In this document: positions 60,220-64,000 of the stretch, piece after piece | Position numbering within the stretch: position 1 is the first letter of the stretch | How the letters are laid out: the number at the start of each line of letters is the position of its first letter | NCBI GenBank assembly: GCA_965230295.1 | Contig: OZ246001.1 | Span: 3,840,001 to 3,904,000 of the forward strand | DNA length: 64,000 nt | Reading direction: 5' to 3' | Origin: Marinicella sp. | GTDB lineage: Bacteria > Pseudomonadota > Gammaproteobacteria > Xanthomonadales > Marinicellaceae | The notes under the pieces: model-generated | Seen by the model: the letters and a program-made list of their open reading frames with translations, nothing else | The model's database searches: none | Told to the model about the DNA's origin: nothing | Made by a program: the position numbers and the translations under genes

Positions 60220-62229
60220 TTAAATCTTTATGTGTTGCTCAACCAATTCAATGATTCGGGCAAATACTTCATCGATGCTTAATTCACTGGTATCAATGAC
60301 AAAAGCATCTTCTGCGGGTACCAAAGGTGCCACTTTTCGGGTCGAATCCCTGTAATCACGGGCTTCGATGTCCTTCAGAAGGTCGCGGATTTTAACATCA
60401 TCACCTTTCTCATGCAATTGTTTGTGACGTCTTTTCGCCCTTTCTTCGGCCGATGCGGTCAAAAACACCTTCAAAGGTGCATTTTTAAACACCACAGTCC
60501 CCATATCACGCCCATCAGCCACCAAGCCAGGTGCTTTTCTGAAATCCTTTTGACGTTGCATCAATGCAGCCCTAACTGCTGGTATGGGAGCCACTTTTGA
60601 GGCCATCCCCCCGCAGGCTTCACTGCGCAAATCGTTATTGACCACTTCACCATCTAATAAAATTTGGGTACCCCTTTTTGAATCAACAGAGAAATTTAAG
60701 TCAAGGTTTTGTGCCAATGAAATGAGCGCCTCATGATTTTCAGATGCAATGCCCTCTTTCATGGCTTTGAGTGCCAAAGATCGATAAATAGCACCAGAAT
60801 CCAATAAATGCCAGCCAAGTTCTTTTGCAATCAAGGCACTGGTGGTTCCTTTGCCCACTCCAGAAGGCCCATCAACGGTAATGACCGGTATGGGTTGATT
60901 GACTTGTATGCCTAAAGATTCAACCAAGCCAAAAAATTCAGGAAATGAAGTCCCAATGTTATGACAGCCCTTAACGGCAATTTCAGCTTCAGGGCTCAGT
61001 GCGCCAGCCAATAAAAAGCTCATGGCACAACGGTGATCACCATGACCATCGACAAGGCCACTGGATAATTGGCCACCTCTGATAATGGCACCATCTGGCA
61101 GCTCTTCGCAATCTACACCCAACAATGACAAACCATCCAGCATCACTGTGATGCGATCACTCTCTTTATGACGCAATTCTTCTGCACCAGTGAGTTGAGT
61201 TTGTCCGGTCGCCAATGCCGCTGCAACGAACAATATAGGAAACTCATCAATGGCGCTGGGAATCAGGTCATGAGGTATATCTATCCCCTTTAATTTTGAT
61301 GACTGAACTTGAATATCTGCCACCGGTTCACCGGCCTGATTTTTTACATTGTGTAAAGTCAAGCGCCCACCCATGGCTTGTAAGATTTTGATCACACCAT
61401 CTCGTGTCGGATTGATGCTGACATTTTGTAAGGTGAAATCGGCATTGGGGTGACATAAGCCCAAAACCATGAAAAAGGCAGCTGAAGAAATGTCTGCAGG
61501 CACCACAATGTCTTGTGCCAGTAACTGCGGCTGACCCGAAACGCTGACTGTCAGACCATCCACTGAAACCTGACAACCAAAACCTTGTAACATCGTTTCT
61601 GTGTGGTCTCTGGATTTTTTCGGTTCAGTCACTGTGGTAACGCCATTGGCATACAAACCAGCAATCATCACTGCCGATTTGACTTGAGCACTGGCGATTG
61701 GACTGTCATAACTGATGCTGTTGATGTTTTGCTGGCCAGTGAATCTCAAAGGGGCTTTGCCCTCATTGGATTCTATTTCAGCACCCATTGAAGTCAGTGG
61801 ATTAATCACCCGCCCCATAGGCCTGGCAGACAAGGACTCATCACCGACCAATGTGCTGTTGAATTTTTGTGCAGACAACAAGCCAGCCAATAATCGCATG
61901 GCTGTTCCCGCATTGCCACAATCTAAATCTTTGCCAGGCGTTTGTAAGCCATGTAAGCCGACTCCCTGGATTGTCAGGACATCGCCATGGTCTATGATGT
62001 TTACCCCCATGTCCTGGAGTATTTGCATGGTGGCCAGACAGTCTTCAGAACGCAAGAAACCTTTCACCCGGGTATCACCTTTGGCTATTGACCCAAAGAT
62101 AATGGAACGGTGTGATATGGATTTATCGCCAGGCACAGTGAATTCACCACTTAAGGCTGCTTGGTGAGACAAGCTGAACACATCGAGCGCATCGATGGTT
62201 GAATGTTTTGGGTTCATCGAATCAACCAC
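60220..62229 (-). CDS. aroA-cmk: Fused EPSP synthase / cytidylate kinase
   Basis: PGDKSISHR, KESDRI and DHRCAM (AroA), then DGPSGVGKGT and ADGRDMGT (Cmk) in one frame. Confidence 0.93.
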   Translation of the reverse strand: MVDSMNPKHSTIDALDVFSLSHQAALSGEFTVPGDKSISHRSIIFGSIAKGDTRVKGFLRSEDCLATMQILQDMGVNIIDHGDVLTIQGVGLHGLQTPGKDLDCGNAGTAMRLLAGLLSAQKFNSTLVGDESLSARPMGRVINPLTSMGAEIESNEGKAPLRFTGQQNINSISYDSPIASAQVKSAVMIAGLYANGVTTVTEPKKSRDHTETMLQGFGCQVSVDGLTVSVSGQPQLLAQDIVVPADISSAAFFMVLGLCHPNADFTLQNVSINPTRDGVIKILQAMGGRLTLHNVKNQAGEPVADIQVQSSKLKGIDIPHDLIPSAIDEFPILFVAAALATGQTQLTGAEELRHKESDRITVMLDGLSLLGVDCEELPDGAIIRGGQLSSGLVDGHGDHRCAMSFLLAGALSPEAEIAVKGCHNIGTSFPEFFGLVESLGIQVNQPIPVITVDGPSGVGKGTTSALIAKELGWHLLDSGAIYRSLALKAMKEGIASENHEALISLAQNLDLNFSVDSKRGTQILLDGEVVNNDLRSEACGGMASKVAPIPAVRAALMQRQKDFRKAPGLVADGRDMGTVVFKNAPLKVFLTASAEERAKRRHKQLHEKGDDVKIRDLLKDIEARDYRDSTRKVAPLVPAEDAFVIDTSELSIDEVFARIIELVEQHIKI

Positions 62230-63337
62230 AAACCTGTTTCATGACCTGAATCATGCGTTGCATTTCCGCCTCTGTACCAATGGTGATCCGCAAACAATTG
62301 GGTAAACCATAATTGGCCACAGGTCTGGTTATCACGCCCAGTTCCAGCATTTTTTGATAAATGGGCATGGCGTCCTGAGCGAAATCAACCAGCAGGAAGT
62401 TGCCTTTGGAAGGTACATAACGCAACCCCAATTTATCACAAGCATTCGCCAGCATGCTCATGCCGACCGCATTGACTTGCATCGATTGGTCCAAAAACGC
62501 TTCATCACCCAAAGCAGCTGTGGCAGCAGCCAAGGCCAATGAGTTGACATTGAAGGGTTGTCTGATTCGATTCAAAACATTCGCAATATCGGGGTTACTC
62601 AAGCAGTAACCCACCCTGAAACCTGCCAAGCCATAAGCCTTGGAAAAAGTTCGGGTGATCACCAAATTATCAAACTCTTTGAGCCATTCAGATCCATCCA
62701 CCCGCTCATCCTTTGGCGAATACTCTAAGTATGCCTCATCCAAAACCACAATGATGTCATTGGGTACGCTTTGGATGAAGTCATGTAATTCATCTTTACC
62801 TAAGAACGAACCCGTTGGGTTATTCGGATTGGCAATAAAAATCAAACGAGTCTTGTCGTTGATGGCGGCTTTCATGGCCGGCAAATCACAGCCCAAAGGC
62901 CGCTCTGATTCCCACGGCGTAGCCGCAATCATTTGGTGCTCAGCGCCCACGGCCTGAATCGCAATGGGATAAACAGCAAAACTGTATTGTGAGTAGATGG
63001 CACTGTGCTCAGGCGTTAAGTAAGCTTCAGCCAATAACACCAATACATCGTTTGAACCATTTCCTAGGGTGATACAGTCCATATCCACATCGTGCTTTTT
63101 GGCCAAGGCCTTTTTCAACTCAAAACCATTACCATCAGGGTACAAAGCCAGCTCACTCATTTCTTTTTCAATGGCTTGCATGGCTTTAGGACTGGGGCCC
63201 AATGGGTTTTCATTGGATGCCAGTTTGATGATGTTATCAATACCCAACTCACGTTCCAATTCAGAGATTGGTTTTCCAGGTATGTAAGGGTTGAGTTTTT
63301 GCACGCCGGGAACGGCCATTTTTTTGAAATCGGTCAT
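62222..63337 (-). CDS. hisC: Histidinol-phosphate aminotransferase
   Basis: KLASNENPLG, NPNNPTG, DEAY, RTFSKAYGLAGFRVGY. Confidence 0.95.
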   Translation of the reverse strand: MTDFKKMAVPGVQKLNPYIPGKPISELERELGIDNIIKLASNENPLGPSPKAMQAIEKEMSELALYPDGNGFELKKALAKKHDVDMDCITLGNGSNDVLVLLAEAYLTPEHSAIYSQYSFAVYPIAIQAVGAEHQMIAATPWESERPLGCDLPAMKAAINDKTRLIFIANPNNPTGSFLGKDELHDFIQSVPNDIIVVLDEAYLEYSPKDERVDGSEWLKEFDNLVITRTFSKAYGLAGFRVGYCLSNPDIANVLNRIRQPFNVNSLALAAATAALGDEAFLDQSMQVNAVGMSMLANACDKLGLRYVPSKGNFLLVDFAQDAMPIYQKMLELGVITRPVANYGLPNCLRITIGTEAEMQRMIQVMKQVCG

Positions 63338-63466
63338 GGTTTTGAGGTGTTTTTAATGAAGTCGATATTGTGCCCATTCAAGGGCTATAAAGCAAGCCAG
63401 GGGTGCTTATTATGCTTATATTTTATGTGGTATATGACATAACCATTAATCACTTTTAACCAATGT

Positions 63467-63480
63467 TTGACTGAGGTCAA
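63467..63480. promoter_or_regulatory. FNR-type box upstream of hemN
   Basis: TTGAC-TGAG-GTCAA, with symmetric half-sites. Confidence 0.65.
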
Positions 63481-63540
63481 GAACATTCGGACTGAATTCA
63501 ATACAATAAGCCTCACTGAAATAACTTTAATACCAAATTC

Positions 63541-64000
63541 ATGACCCATTCAAATGTTAGTTTTGATTTAGATTTGATTAAAAAATACAACCTGACAGGA
63601 CCCCGTTATACATCTTATCCAACAGCGGTTGTTTTCAACGATGCTTATCGTGAAGGTAATCACAAACAGAATTTACTGGACCACTTTGAGCCTTCAAAAG
63701 ATCAACCCTTGTCTTTGTATTTTCACATTCCGTTTTGTGACACCCTGTGCTTCTTTTGTGCCTGCAACAAAATTGCCACCAAGAAAAGAGACAAAGCCGA
63801 CATTTATTTGGATTACCTGGAAAAAGAAATACAAATGCAGGCCGCATTGATCCCGGAATCACGTGTGGTTGAACAAATGCACTTGGGTGGGGGCACACCC
63901 ACATTTTTAACCCACCCACAGATGAAACGCCTGATGGCAATGATCGAAAAGCATTTCAACCTGTTGCATGATGACCGACGTGATTATTCGATTGAAATTG
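63541..64000 (+). CDS. hemN: Oxygen-independent coproporphyrinogen III oxidase, partial (runs off the window; absent from the ORF track)
   Basis: ATG at 63541: MTHSNVSFDLDLIKKYNLTGPRYTSYPTA...SLYFHIPFCDTLCFFCACNK...HLGGGTPTFL. Confidence 0.95.
   Translation, partial: MTHSNVSFDLDLIKKYNLTGPRYTSYPTAVVFNDAYREGNHKQNLLDHFEPSKDQPLSLYFHIPFCDTLCFFCACNKIATKKRDKADIYLDYLEKEIQMQAALIPESRVVEQMHLGGGTPTFLTHPQMKRLMAMIEKHFNLLHDDRRDYSIEI

Noticed and set aside
18083-63940. Numerous short antisense or overlapping ORFs in the track (e.g. 18963-19439, 27617-27901, 45264-45590, 61715-62167, 63635-63940)
   Set aside because: They are shadows of well-supported genes on the other strand or frame, or span intergenic structure, and show no recognisable motifs or RBS.

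Overview
Chromosomal window from a marine gammaproteobacterium; the gene content suggests a Marinicella-like organism (inference). It appears to span the replication terminus. A near-canonical 28-bp dif site lies at 16133-16160, five KOPS octamers to its right all point towards it, and rpsA/ihfB/aroA-cmk/glnS are transcribed towards it. Left of dif (1 to about 16100) is an AT-rich accessory region. It carries a translationally coupled minus-strand operon, tnsA-tnsB-tnsC-tniQ plus a fifth gene. That fifth gene is a tyrosine-recombinase homolog with four of the six catalytic residues substituted. Three 17-bp repeats resembling Tn7 TnsB sites, followed by a terminal ACA, define a probable transposon end 30 bp from dif. 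The main hypothesis is a Tn7-like transposon that targets the chromosomal dif site, possibly using a catalytically dead tyrosine recombinase as target selector. The cargo is partly decayed: a chimeric deletion junction, a truncated hydrolase and a HEPN pseudogene whose RxxxxH motif lies behind two stops. It also includes secreted proteins with a recurring C-terminal D-x-(I/L/V)-F-x-(N/D)-G-F-(E/D) motif, found six times in the window. Right of dif is mostly housekeeping and metabolic DNA (katG, rlmKL, purT, lpxH, lat, asnS, nnrS, glnS, apaH, pyrE, xth, kef, rlmD, ihfB, rpsA, aroA-cmk, hisC, hemN) with four FNR-type boxes. No rRNA, tRNA, CRISPR array or cas gene was recognised. All calls are by eye, with no database searches.
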